DNA of 63,726 bases, filler included, from Diploschistes diacapsis (GCA_023645945.1; 25 parts of 25 records of this genome joined end to end with filler, not necessarily neighbours in it), one strand, 5' to 3'. Counted from the first letter of the whole stretch, positions 12,651 through 26,760 are shown. The notes: generated from the sequence alone by a model not told the origin. Made by a program: numbers and translations.

Positions 12651-14852
12651 GTAGGGTATAATAAGCCTGCGGCTGGGTTCAGTCCAAAGGTGCGAGACTG
12701 GCCTTACGCCATACTGCACATCATTAATGAAGAGGCCGTAGCAGGCAACGAGTTGTCCCCTATATATATATATTAACAAGGGGTTTATTCCGCTTCTGCT
12801 GAGATGACATTTGAGTCAGCATCTCAGCAACAACGGCAGCGCCTTCTTGCGATGTTCCCCTCCTGAGCTGCCGCATCGTGGTCTTGCAAGGATACGAGCA
12901 GGGTATCCTTTGCGTTTAGGCTGATCTGAAGATCTCGGCTGCGAACTCTTCGTGTGGCCTGTTTTGCGGGCGCAGTTGATGATTGCCCACATGGAAATCC
13001 CTGCAGTGCAATGGCATCCGGTTTCGACATGCTGCTTGGCTTGTGTCTCATCACTACTCTCGCAGAGTGCGTGTGACTGACTGACTGTCACGCTTGTGTA
13101 CCGTACACGAAGTGAAGTTTAGACGACACTGCAATGATGGATGGCGGCAGCTAATGCAGCCTCGCAGACACACGCACACACACATCTGATCTGATTCAAA
13201 ATGTTGGGACCTCTCGGTGCGATTTCCTATTGATCAGGTATAGGTGGTACCTTCCTGACCTGCTACTACTAAACGGGAATTAGTGCTGCTAGGTAAACTG
13301 AGTTTCATAAACGCTAGTCAACCGCTCAGAGGCTGAGGCTCTAGCACATCTATTTTTGATCAAAGCGCAAAAAATCAGATCTCTGTCCGCAAGCGTTCAG
13401 GTACGAAGTGATGGCAAAGTCTCGAGCCTTGCGTCTTACTGTACTAGGGCTTACCAACATTGGCTGTACTCTCATAATCCTATTTTACAGCAGGCTAAGC
13501 TGTCTAAGTTGCTCGGGTATGCCGTGGCGGCTTCAGGCAGAGGCAGGCAGGCAGGCAGAGGATAATGGACAGTGGCCCATTGCAAAAGGAACATGCTTGT
13601 GCGCAGGGCTATCTATCTCTTATCTATATAAATACAGTCCCATTCCAAAAGCAGTGAGCCCTCCACCAAAACATAGCAAAGGTTCGCCATTTGCAACAGC
13701 TCCACAGCCACTACTTGGAGCTCTTTCATATATCAGCTTTTGAGTCTTGGGGACCAGAGTACTTCAGTGTTTTGAATACTTTTAAGCTTTATTGCGAATA
13801 ATGGGTTAACGCACCGTTGCTGTACCGCTGACCGCTAAAATTTCGTGGTAATATCCCAAAACAGTATTACAGTATTAACAAAAGATTTTCCACCTTCGTC
13901 TAGGTCCCCCCAATTAAGTCGCATTTTCACTAGAGCTGCTCAAAGATATCGAATGTATAGTGGTTTTTATGCTGCCCGTGCCGGAACCGAAGAGCTCCTC
14001 CATCAACTTATAATTTGCCGAGGGACGCGCCCACAAAGTAACCTTCCCAGCACATTGGGCTCTGATCATTTCTACTTGCAGCCCGGAATCATTGGGCACT
14101 TTCCCCGGCCACCGCCCGTGACAGACTATTGGGTTCCGACCTTCTCTGACTCTGAGCAGAGAGTGTAGTTGTGGATGTGGATCAAAAGCTGAGAATACGC
14201 AGTACCTTGCAACCTCCTCGCCGCGGAACCATTGGCCGCGATGTAGCCAAGGGATTCCTTTTCCAAGGCCCTGGACATGGGCCATCTCTTAGACACCTGG
14301 CAGTGCTGTGTCCGCGTCATGTATTTCCAACGCTAAGACGCTTCCCTGCCCAGGAGCTGGTCGCTCCTTTGAGTGAAACACTTTTCGTCCATTCCTCCAA
14401 GAGAGATCTGCTATCATCTCCAAACGAGATGCAGAGTAGCACATGTGATAGGTATGCATCACATTTCCTGCTCGGCACAGTCAAAGGTCAGGGCTCAACA
14501 GGCCGCCGCACGGCCGAGATAAAGCAAATCAAGACATTCTGGACGCAGTTGCCCGGCGGAGAGTCTCACTTGCTGTTACACGCGATCAGCAAGTAAATTA
14601 TATCAATCATTGTTTGCCTTCTTCTAGTGAATTCCAGCGCAAGACTCATAACCCACAAGATTCACGTGTAATCGGCAAGCAATGCTTTCTTTCCAAGTTT
14701 CGCCAGTGGTCCCTTCTTTACTTTCAAACGTCTTACCCACACTGTGCAGTAGCGGCATCAGTCCAGCGGTTCGCATTCAAGCTCTTAACCTTCCTCCAAA
14801 GTCTGAACCACATATCCACATAAAACAAGACAGGCACAACGAACAGCGAACC

Positions 14853-16232
14853 ATGGATCAGGCACAAAGCCAGGCTATGGAGCTTTCACCGCTCGACCAG
14901 ATCATGGTTCGTGGCATTGTAAGACTCATACTTTGCTTTCCTGTGCGAGACCCCACAGATAGGCCTTTGATTGTTGAGACAATTCAGAGAGGGCTTGACG
15001 ATACCGTCAGGCAGATGCCATATTTGAGTGGTGAAGTGCGAGAGAAGGGAAACCTCAAGAAGGAAATCGAGGTAGTTTACAAGGAAGGCGACAAGGTCAA
15101 ATTACTGGCCAGAGACGTCGGAAAGGAACTACCAACTTACCAAGACCTCCATAGCAAGCAGATGCCGCCCTCATACTTTGATGATGAGCTCTTGTCACCA
15201 ATGCGCAACATGCCTGAGTCGAGTAAGCAATCGCACCCGGTAATGGCGATGCAGGCGAACTTTATCCGTGGCGGACTTTTCCTTTGCGTGTGTTTCCACC
15301 ACTCTGTTCTCGATGGCGCTGGGTTTGCGCACCTTTTGAAGATGCTAGGCAACAACTGTTCCAATGTTCGCAAGCCCGAGGCCTTCTTGATGGGCGAGGA
15401 TAGTACAGACCGAGGCGGACTCTTTCGAAATATCCCACCTGCACGTGGTCCAGATCAGAGGACTGACGGCTATCCGGAATACTTTCTCGAAGACCCTAAG
15501 AGCATGGTTCCACCTGAGTCTGGCGCTGAGGAACCTCCGACGACCGCGAGGCTCTTCTACATCCGCAAGTCGGATCTGCAGAATCTCAAGGCTTCCGCAG
15601 CCCCAGAAGATGCCAAGCGATGGATCTCCAGCCATCATGCTTTAGGAGCTCTCGTTTGGTCCCGCATCACTCTTGCACGCTCCTCGAGAGATAGCAACAA
15701 GGCTACATCGAAGTTCTGTATCTTCGTCAACTGTCGTGGTCGGCTCAAAGGCATTGTACCCGAAGATTTCATCGGCAACGTCTGTGTAGGAGCGCAAGCC
15801 CAGTTAAAATCTACTAAAGTTCTGGATTCCAAACTCTCTGTGCTTGCAGGGCATATTCAAAAGGCCATCGGAGCAGTCGACAGAGACTATGTTCTTGGAC
15901 TAGTCAAGCACGTAAAAGAATATCCAGCTGACATAACCTGCATCAAACCGGGAATTCAGTCTTACATGGGAAACGACATCAACCTTGTCTCGTGGAGGGC
16001 TTTTGATGTGTACGACATGAATTTTGGTTCGTATCTCGGCAAGCCTGAGTGGTTTCGCTGCCCTTGGCGTACGCTGGATGGAACAGTCAAGATTCTCCCC
16101 GAGAGGAGAGTGCCTCGTCCAGGTAGCTCTGAAGAAGGGTTTGAGGTCAACGTTGAGCTTAGAGAGGATGACATGGAAAGGTTGCTGCATGATGCAGTCT
16201 GGACAGCTTATGCGCAAGAGGTACTCCATTGA
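14853..16232 (+). CDS. Acyl-CoA-dependent O-acyltransferase, Tri101/BAHD-like transferase family, intronless
   Basis: ELSPLDQ N-terminal motif, PVMAMQANFIRGGL, catalytic HHSVLDG (HXXXD), FVNCRGRL, FIGN, and YDMNFG..LGKP (DFG-like motif). Confidence 0.88.
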   Translation: MDQAQSQAMELSPLDQIMVRGIVRLILCFPVRDPTDRPLIVETIQRGLDDTVRQMPYLSGEVREKGNLKKEIEVVYKEGDKVKLLARDVGKELPTYQDLHSKQMPPSYFDDELLSPMRNMPESSKQSHPVMAMQANFIRGGLFLCVCFHHSVLDGAGFAHLLKMLGNNCSNVRKPEAFLMGEDSTDRGGLFRNIPPARGPDQRTDGYPEYFLEDPKSMVPPESGAEEPPTTARLFYIRKSDLQNLKASAAPEDAKRWISSHHALGALVWSRITLARSSRDSNKATSKFCIFVNCRGRLKGIVPEDFIGNVCVGAQAQLKSTKVLDSKLSVLAGHIQKAIGAVDRDYVLGLVKHVKEYPADITCIKPGIQSYMGNDINLVSWRAFDVYDMNFGSYLGKPEWFRCPWRTLDGTVKILPERRVPRPGSSEEGFEVNVELREDDMERLLHDAVWTAYAQEVLH

Positions 16233-16929
16233 TGGATTTACTTAATTCCGATGCAGACGAATTATGATATTGGTACGGTATTGATGGGCTTGTTAATGTC
16301 TGCTTTTCCGATGAACGATTTCTGAATTACCACCCGGGTCGTGGTCTCCTTGTTGGTTTGCAGTGGAAGTGGCAGAAGACCATTAGAGGGCGTTTAAGAT
16401 AGAAGGTCTTTCTGCGAAGACATTACCAGTCATCTCTGATAGAGGGAGCTCAGGGTTCCCATACTATTAATGTTAGTAACAGCAAGTTTGTATGCACGAT
16501 TGAACCTCCAATACCTGAACTGTGCTTTTCAGTTGCCTATTGCCTATTGCACTTTCGGTCTCGCTGCGGGCTGTTGAATAAACTAGGTTGCAGAGATCTT
16601 GGTCGAATCCTGAATAGAAACAAGAGGAGCCCCACGAAGCTGTCAGCCCTACCGGCATCCAAACATAGAGAGGTACTTTTGTGCAACCCAGCTTCAACTC
16701 CTGCAACCCATCTCGACATCAAAACATTATTCAAACCCAAACTCCCAAATTTGTCCCTTCATGCTAATTTCCTTTTGAAGTGCCACCTCTCTAATTGTGG
16801 AAGCGATCGTCCCCGTATCCGCATTGCCCTCGCATTGGGACTAACAAAACTCTTGACTTTCTTGATCTTGTTGGCTAATCCCAACCCACCGACCACACCC
16901 CTTTTACTTCATCTGCACTTGATGTAATC

Positions 16930-18270
<1,341 letters not shown>

Positions 18271-18513
18271 AAGCAATCTACGAGGGATGAGTTGGCGGGT
18301 CGGCGGAACATGATCGATTAGGGCATGAGTCGGAGGGCCAGCGCCGATTACGACATACAGCACGATGGAGGAAAAATAATTCAGCCTTGGAGAAAGCAGT
18401 ACAAATGCCTGCATCAAAACAGAAAAGCAGGCCGGCAACTTTGGCAACACCTATGGGGCATGCATGTGAACGCTGTTTCCACGGGAAAACCATCTTCATG
18501 CATGCATGTACCC

Positions 18514-18613
18514 NNNNNNNNNNNNNNNNNNNNNNNNNNNNNNNNNNNNNNNNNNNNTTAATTAATTAANNNNNNNNNNNNNNNNNNNNNNNNNNNNNNN
18601 NNNNNNNNNNNNN
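18514..18613. other. Artificial contig linker (N44-TTAATTAATTAA-N44), first of 24 in the window
   Basis: The same 100-nt spacer, with stops in all six frames, recurs at 19675, 20836, 21997, 40590, 41751 and so on to 62573. Confidence 0.99.
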
Positions 18614-19674
18614 CCTCCGCACCTCCCCCCAATCTCCCCACCAAGCCCTCACACCTTCCTCCCACCGCTCAATCTCCCCCTCCTCATCCTCCAGATCGAA
18701 TCTCACCTCCAACACCTTCCGGTATCTCGCCTCGAGCACCTTCATTCGCGAGGCAAGATAACGAATCTCGGAAGCCGACCGGGAATTTGCCTTGGTCCTG
18801 CGCCGGGATTCAGTACCGTCAGGAGCGAGAGTGCTGAAGGCCACGTCGAGGTTGAACTCACAGATCCCGAACCTGTGCACGAAGAAGCGAGATTTCCGAC
18901 GATGCCTCCGCTGCTTTCTGCAGGGACAGCGACTGGAGGTGCTGGGACGCCGTTACTCTAGCCTCCGAAGGACTCGTAGAACAATCACTCCGAAGTTAAA
19001 TAGGAGACAATGGGGTAGAAGATAGGGGATGGAAGGCAGAAGGTATGGAATAGCCAACAGATACATGGGCAAAAAGATATTCAACAGACGTACCCAGTTT
19101 TCCTCCTGCCGCATCCTCATTTCCGCCACCACCCTCTCTACCCTCTCCGACAAACACAGCACACTCTCCCGCAGGCCACCGAGTGCCTCCTCATTAGCCT
19201 TCTCCTTATTCTCCTCCTCCTCCTCCTCCTCCCTCCTCACCAGCGCAATAGCACCCCCATCTCCCCCTCTCCCGAAAACGGTATCAGAAACAGAATGAGA
19301 AACAGAACCAGAGCCAGCATCCCCTCTCCCCGCCCCAAAGTCCGTCACGGTGCGGCGTATGCGCTTCACACGCGGTGAAACACCCGCGCTCACGTTCGCA
19401 GCTGGCGGTGACCGCAGTAGTGGCAGTAGCCATGGCGGGTGGTGGAGATGGTGCTCTGCAGCAGGTGCGGAATTGGAGTTAGAGAGTGGCGGGAGTGGGA
19501 CGGGGAGGGTTGCTTCGAGAGCGTCGAGGGCGCGATTGCAGGAAATGAAAGCGGAGAGGGAGAGGGTTGAGCTGGCGAGCCGGGTGGTTAGGTGGTGGAT
19601 GCGGGCGAGGAGGCGCGTTTGTGGTTGGCGGTGGGGTTGGGATTCGGAGGAGAGAGTGGAAGGAGGGGTGGAGG
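18614..19674 (-). CDS. Partial hypothetical coiled-coil protein, probably 2 introns, truncated at both contig ends
   Basis: Open frames RLLARIHHLTTRL..ALDALEATL, LSERVERVVAEMRMRQEE, LQKAAEASSEISLLRAQVRDL and SEIRYLASRMKVLEARY, separated by GTACGT..TAG and GTGAGT..CAG introns. Confidence 0.6.
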
Positions 19675-19774
19675 NNNNNNNNNNNNNNNNNNNNNNNNNN
19701 NNNNNNNNNNNNNNNNNNTTAATTAATTAANNNNNNNNNNNNNNNNNNNNNNNNNNNNNNNNNNNNNNNNNNNN

Positions 19775-20525
19775 CGCTCGAATAAATATTTATATTATTA
19801 GAAACGCTCGCGTCGCGTAAAAAACGTCGGTATCGAGTCTTTCAATTTTTTGAAATCGATTTATAAGATTCTCGATATCGTCGACGATCTTTTTAGCGTC
19901 TTTAAAGCTCGTTATAGTTTATTTAAGACGTCTGGAGCTTTTCGAGAGGTAAATTTTTTAAAATACTCGACTTTAAACTTTCGATAAAAGCTTAAAATGC
20001 CTTAAAGTTTCTTTAAGATGATTAAAGCGGTTAAAGAGGTTTTTACGGAGGTTACGCTTTTAAAATAAAAAATAAGAAGTTTAAAGAAATCTCGATATAT
20101 CGTCAGAAGCGTAAACGCATTATTATAATTATAAAAGATATATTTTTAACTTTTATTAAAATTACTAACGCGCGTTAAACGAAGCGAAAAGCACTCTACG
20201 AAATAAATAAATAAAAAAGACAGAAATAAGCTAAAAAAAAAAATTAACAATATTTCAAATTATTAAGATATATAAAAATAAAAAGATAATTCCGAAAGAA
20301 AGGTTAATTATCTTAAAAAGGCTTTCTAACGTTAACGTCGTCGACGCTAACGATTAGACATAATTAAATAAATCTATAAAATTAAATATAACTATTATTC
20401 GATCTATAAGGCTTTAAATTAATTACTTTTAAAGATATTTCATTTTAAATATTTATTATTATAGTTTTGTTATTATATCACGTGCTCGGGTACTAAGGTC
20501 TGATCGGGTACTAGGGTCACGACTC
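19775..20525 (+). mobile_element. RIP-degraded Fot1/pogo-like DNA transposon end with TIR
   Basis: Terminus reads (minus strand) TA-GAGTCGTGACCCTAGTACCCGATCAGACCTTAGTACCCGA, with two direct repeats as in Fot1-type TIRs. The body is very AT-rich and stop-riddled. Confidence 0.5.
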
Positions 20526-20536
20526 TAATTCAAAAC

Positions 20537-20800
20537 TAGGCTGGCCGTCACTGACACTGACAGTGTCAGTGTCCGTGTTTTAGATTTTTTAGCTGCGGTA
20601 TCCGTGTCCGTGGATTCACGGAAGTGCAGTGTCCGTGTCAATATTAATATTTTAAATTTTTTAATTATAGTGTCCGTATTCGTGAATTCACGGAAATATA
20701 ATGTCCGTATTAATATCCATGTTTTAAAAAATTTAGTTACGGTGTCCGTGTCCGTGTATTTATTATAATATAGTGTCCGTGTCCGTATCCGTATTTTAAA
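20537..20800 (-). mobile_element. hAT-type MITE (TAGGCTGGCCGT family), partial
   Basis: TIR TAGGCTGGCCGT followed by TCCGTG arrays. Confidence 0.85.
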
Positions 20801-21016
20801 AAAACTTTTTTAAAAATAAAAGCGTGAGAAATAAGNNNNNNNNNNNNNNNNNNNNNNNNNNNNNNNNNNNNNNNNNNNNTTAATTAATTAANNNNNNNNN
20901 NNNNNNNNNNNNNNNNNNNNNNNNNNNNNNNNNNNTAGCGACGAGGCGCGTATAATAACCGAGTCGAAAGAACGCGTCGTAACCGTAAAAAACGAATCTT
21001 ATCACGTTAGATAAGC

Positions 21017-21633
21017 TAGGCTGGCCGTTTCGTGCCACGGACACTTCCACGGACACTACCGAGAAAATTTTTAAAACACGATACTGCCACGGACACTACC
21101 GCTAAAATTTTAAAACACGGATATTTCTACGGACATTATATTATAGTAAAAATACGGACACGGACATTACTGTTAAAAAATTTAAAACACGGATACTTTT
21201 ACGGATATTATCGTTAAAAATTTTAAAATACGATATTATTACGGATATTATATTATAATAAATTTATCGAAATATTATCGTAAATCTATCGAAACACCGC
21301 GATAAAAAAATAAAAACGTAAAAAATAAACGTAATAATTTTAAAATTATTTAAAAAATAAATATTATTTAAAAATGTTTCGATAAATATACGGATACGGT
21401 AATAAATTTATTAATACGAATATTACAATTAAAAATTTTAAAATACGGATGTTTTTACGGATATTATATTATAATGAAAGCACGAACACGGATACTACGA
21501 TTAAAATTTTTTAAACACGGACACTTCCACGGACACTACACTACAGTAAAAGCACGGACACGGACACTACGGTTAAAAATTTCAAAACACGGATACTGCC
21601 ACGGCCGTGTCAGTGTCCGTGACGGCCAGCCTA
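21017..21633 (+). mobile_element. Complete non-autonomous hAT-type element (617 bp), 12-bp TIR, 8-bp TSD AGATAAGC
   Basis: TAGGCTGGCCGT...ACGGCCAGCCTA, with AGATAAGC at 21009-21016 and 21634-21641. Internal CACGGA tandem units. Confidence 0.93.
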
Positions 21634-22096
21634 AGATAAGCGACGGAGATAAGAGGTTATTAAAATTAAAATAAAGGAAAGAACGGCAGCGATAATAACG
21701 ATAACGGCGGCAAAGGATTAAAAAACGGCGGCGAGAAACGCGCCGATGAATACGACTGCGATAAGATTTATAAAGATATTAGCACAAAAATAGAAAAAAA
21801 AAAAGAAAATAAATAACATAATAAAAAGAATAGACGAAAGAGAAAAAAAAAAATATAAAACGCGTAGAGCTAATTAATAATTAATATAATCGTAAAAAGA
21901 TTATTTAAATATTAATTATTTAAATAATTTAATAAGCGATATATTAAATTCTAAAAAAGAACTCTAAAATATATAAAAAAAAAAGAGTTTTAATAANNNN
22001 NNNNNNNNNNNNNNNNNNNNNNNNNNNNNNNNNNNNNNNNTTAATTAATTAANNNNNNNNNNNNNNNNNNNNNNNNNNNNNNNNNNNNNNNNNNNN

Positions 22097-23941
22097 CCCC
22101 TCCCGGTCGCTCCGCCCATCCCGGTACCAGTCACAGTAGCACTCATGCTAACCCTCGCACCCACACTTCCAATATTCGCCACGCTAAGACTGAACCCCTC
22201 CGCTCCTGCTCCTGCTCCCGCTCCCACGCCTCTCACCGTGCCCGTGAAAGAAGCAAGGGAAACGTTCCCGTTCCCGGAACCGCTGCCGATACCGTTGCCA
22301 ACACCGTCACTGTCACCGTCACCGGTAGCCGTATGCGTATCATTACACGCGCAGCTCTCATTACTGGCCTTCGGCGGCCAAAAGGGCGGTGCTGTTGTTA
22401 TTGCTGTTGCTGTTGCTTGGCTCGAGCTAGAAGAGAAACTGGAGCCAGAGCTGGAGCTATACGGACCCCAGCTCGTGCTCACGCTCACGCTCCTATTCCT
22501 ACTCCTGTTCTCGCTGGTTCTCGCGCTTGTCCCCAGGCTCTTGCTCTTGACGCTTGAGTTGGAGACAGGCGAAGAAGGAGCGTAAAGCGGCGCGAGAGCC
22601 GTGAGGGTGCCGACCATCGAAAACGGCGGTGTTTGTGTTACCTCCGGGGAGAGTGGTGTGGAAGTGTTCGTCGGGCTGCCGGTCGGGATGGATAAGGCCG
22701 CCGTAAGCACTGCCGTGGGTGCGGGAGCAGAGGAGAGCGGGAGCGCAGGCGTGGGCGTGGGCGTGGGCGTGGCTGTCTGCTCTATTTGCTGCGTGAGAGA
22801 GCTGAGGATGCTGAGGATGGGGTTGGTGGTGGGGATGATGTCGGAGGATAGCGCGGATTCGAGGGATGAGGCGAGGGAGATGTCGGAGGCGGGGTTGGAG
22901 GGTAGGGTCAGAGCGGAGAGGGTGGTGGAGCCGAAGGTTAGGGGTGGGATGAGGGGGATTATCCAAGCGGAAGAGCTGTTGGTGTTAGGTTTATGATAGG
23001 GAGATGGGTTGAGGGAGGGTGGGGAAGAGATGGGAGGGAGAATGGACGCGATAGAAGAGGGAGGGTAAGGAGAAGGGTAGTATCTACGGCGAATTCCTGC
23101 TAATGTAGAAAGTAGACGGCGGTGGAGGGACGACGAAGAAGAGCTTCCATTGGGGAATGAATGTGGAAAATGTGGAAACCCCTATAATCGCTACGAAGGA
23201 ACAAAGGTTACTTACCCAATAATAATAGCCCCCACACTTGGATCCAGTCCTACGGGCGGAGCAGACGGTACACCCCGTGTGACGCTGCCCATAATAACGA
23301 AGCGTGGACTGACGTCCGTATATCCATCTTGGAAGATCTCGAGGGAATAGTTTCCCGCCAGGTTATGCGAGAGTGGATACCAGACGAAGCTAGACCCTGG
23401 GCGATTAACTGCGCAGAAGCTTATCTTCAGCAGTCTGGCCTATTGAAGCGGTGGGCCCAAAGAGAAAATTGAGAGGTACGGGCTTGGGGATCGGAGACGT
23501 ACTCGTGATATTCCGGACGAATTGCATGTTATCGCTTGGGCCATGGAACAGAGAAATGTTGACGGGCTGGTGAGGACATGCACGTCAGCTTTGCTTTTCC
23601 TTGTTTATCAAGCTACCTCCTGCCATCGTCCGACATGGCTCAATGGATACAAGAACACATAGCCGACAAGGGCCAATGGAGTTCGAAGCTCTAGTGGCCT
23701 ATCCCAGAGCAAGAGGCTTTGTGAGACGTAAAAGAGACCTTGAAAAACTCACACCCCCGTCACCTTCCCATCTAGAGGAATAACATGTTAGTCCACCAAC
23801 AGCGCTCTGACAGGTGGAGAAACTCAACGTTATGGTTAGGGGCGATAGCACCGTAATGCCATCCCAATTCGTGTTCGTAAATTGGACTTGGGCTCTGGCG
23901 TAGCCAGCAACAAGGATAAGTAGGAAGAAACTGCGAACCAT
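22097..23941 (-). CDS. Secreted Ser/Thr-rich cell-wall protein with N-terminal Kre9/KNH-like domain; 5 exons (23941-23829, 23771-23753, 23566-23503, 23408-23216, 22975-<22097), 3' truncated
   Basis: Signal peptide MVRSFFLLILVAGYARA. Spliced product QVQFTNTNWDGITVLSPLTITWEGDGGPVNISLFHG..SFVWYP..GNYSLEIFQDG..SPRF, then a long S/T/P-rich tail. Splice phases are consistent. Confidence 0.75.
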
Positions 23942-24367
23942 CAAATGCGTAAAGAGCAGCATCTTAATGAACGACAATTGAAAGCAATTGGAAGAAAGGT
24001 AAATGAGCAGGGAGCACTCCAATACCTCGGAAGGAAGAAAGATAATTGAGCATGGAGCACTCCGATATCTCTGAACACGATTAGAACTGCACTCGTCCAT
24101 GTGATATTCGCAGATGAGGGTCGTGGCTGCATTCCAAACGCAGCATTCCCAGCGTGGCGCATCACAACAGGGCCAAGCATATTTCTTCACGGAAATCTGG
24201 AATCCTGTAATCATTTCATATGCCATTGCAAAAATAGTTAATAACATTGGGTATAAAAATATTCTAACCTCTCACATGATCAAACCAATGTGCAGCTAAT
24301 GCCGGCTCGGTAGATTGGCTAACATTAATGTCGACTTGCACAATTCCCCTTTTTCCTCGTTCTATCC

Positions 24368-24974
24368 TTACAAGAAAGCAGCAACACCACCGATAACGCC
24401 AGCAACGGCTCCCATAGCGATAACGGCACTGTTTCCAGTCGCCAGCGGAGCACCAGCAGTGGAGATGGAGTTCGAGCCCGAGGCAGTAGCAGCGGAAGAG
24501 ACCGCAGAAGCGATGGAACCAAGAGCGCTGGAGGCGCTAGCACCAGCAGCGCTACCGGAAGCGCCGGCACCGGTGGTGGCAGCCGACGAGCCGGCGAGAA
24601 GACCGTTGGCCGAGGCAATGGACAGCTCGTGGCTGTAGACGCTGGAGAGGATGGAGTTGTAGGGAGATGGGACCATGGTGAGGAGTGCGGGAGGTGTGGT
24701 GAGCTGGGCGACATTGGTCACCGGGGTGGCGAGCGCTTCGAGAGAGCTGAGAATGTTAGGGTTGATGGTCGCAAGGCCCTGGAGTTCGTTTATGAAGCTC
24801 CCGTCGCCGAGAAGGGAGGTAAAGTAGGCATTGGCCTGGGACTGGTAGCCGGCCATGCTGTACGTGTCTGTTAGCACAATGCTCTCCTTTTTCCGAGCAT
24901 AGAGAAGCTTACTTGGCGGACTGAGCCGAGGCGAGGGTGAGGAGGGAAAGGCCGGTGAGGGTCTTGAACTGCAT
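24368..24974 (-). CDS. Small secreted, probably GPI-anchored Ser/Ala-rich protein, 2 exons (24974-24913, 24857-24368)
   Basis: Signal peptide MQFKTLTGLSLLTLASA, GTAAGC..CTAAC..CAG intron, S/A-rich linker and hydrophobic C-terminus AVIAMGAVAGVIGGVAAFL. Confidence 0.85.
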
Positions 24975-26760
24975 CTTGACGGATTTGATGGTTTTTGATC
25001 GAGAAAAAGTATTGAATGATTGAAGATGATACGGCTGAAAGAATGAAGCTGAAAGGCAAGCAAGTTTCAATCTTGGAAAATTATGTGCTGAAGCGAAACA
25101 GAAGAGAGAAGCGTTTATAGGGGTATGGCAGCAGTTATACGGAGAGGGAGTCGAACCTCGCAGACCCCTGAACCTGCATCGACGTCAGCCATTGGACAAT
25201 CCGAGCAATTACGCATTGAGCAAAGAAAGGCTGAGACGTGGCCCAGTGGGTGAGACCATGGATGCGCTCTCGATAGCTTTGTTTCGCTTTCCGAAAGGCC
25301 CTTGAGTTTCGCATCGGATAGGATCTTCATCGGCTTGCACAGGGAGCGCATGCCAAAATCTCACAATTTCCAGACAACCCGCTTGTATCAACCACACGAG
25401 ACTCTGTGTTGAATATCCAACTGTCAGCCTCGCTCCGATTAAAACTGATTTCGTATACTCTGTACGCCGCAAGCAAATCTCCGTCCGCGTCAATGTCACC
25501 TTTAGTGGGAGACATGGGAGCACAGCCTTCGGCCAACGTTGGTATTGCACTGCTAATTGTGGCAAGCTTCAGTTGCTCGCGGTTTAGGCCTGAATCATCG
25601 TCCGATGGTGCTTTTACTCGTCACTCCGCCACAGAACCCGCGGTACGAAGGTAATCCGGAGTAACAGCGCGTCCTGAATTGCGGAAATAGAACAAGTCGC
25701 ACGCAGAGCCCAATATTGATCTCGAACCAAAAGTATTATCTCGCATTTCCAACTAGCTTGAGGTCGAGCTGTCGATCTGTGATCAGTGTGTATTTTTAAA
25801 CCACCGTGGATGATTTGTGCGGATACAGTTGATCATGCCCACCCCAAACGGCGAAGCCCCAGCCTGCAGGTTGAACATGACACAAGTGATAGGTAGGTAT
25901 CATTGTTCACAACGTGATAAAGCCTAGCAGCACGCCCTGTTTTCTGCGTGGTAAGTCTTCACGCCGCATGCATTTGTAGAGGCTGTGAAACACGCATCAG
26001 CAACTGCACCTGTGATCTCTCGTAATACTGCAACATCAGGCATGCGAATGTGAGATGGAACGCTGTGACCTTCCCAAAGTCATTCAAGGACAGTAAACGA
26101 ATCAGTCAAGGGGTTGCAGTAGTTTTGGCTGGATTCGAATCGAGTTCAGTATCAAAGCAACCTTCACAAGGCTATCCCAGCAGACATGATCAAGATAGAG
26201 AACGGCCGATATCTGCTCAAAACATGCCTCTCTGGCCTTGCATACTCAAGCGGTCGCCCCCTTTGCTGAAGATTCGTGCAACTCTGTTGGGCCCCTTGAT
26301 ATCCGACGAGGCTCGATGCTGCTGCTGAGAGAAGGGCACAAGGGTTGAAGATTGTATGAAGACGCAAGCAATTGCAAAATTTGTTCTGCTGGTGTATGAG
26401 CAGCTTACTACCATGAGCTTGCAATGTACACATACACTAAACCAAAGCTAAGGGAAGGGGGGTTTCTGGATATCATAAGCACTTTTCGAATACATCAGAG
26501 AGAGAGACATTGTTGCCACTCAAGGGCTGGTAGTAGTAGCATTATTCAAGGCTTATAGCCCCTGCTCTCGCGCGTTTTATTACAATTAGATGCTAGAGCT
26601 TGCACACAACCGCGATCTGTACCTTACGGAGGTATCTTATCAGGGCCGAACACCATCCTTACGTCTACCAGGCTCAAAACCAAGTACGAGACTGCTGACG
26701 AAGCTGCACGTTTGGTGAGAAGATAGCCTCCGTTGCACACCATTAGCCGCATCGCCCCAT

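Noticed and set aside
21032..21674. Repetitive ORFs such as MPRTLPRTLPRKFLKHDTATDT (also 48015, 50183, 57210)
   Set aside because: Translations of the MITE minisatellite. Starts are non-ATG or inconsistent and frames are not conserved among copies.
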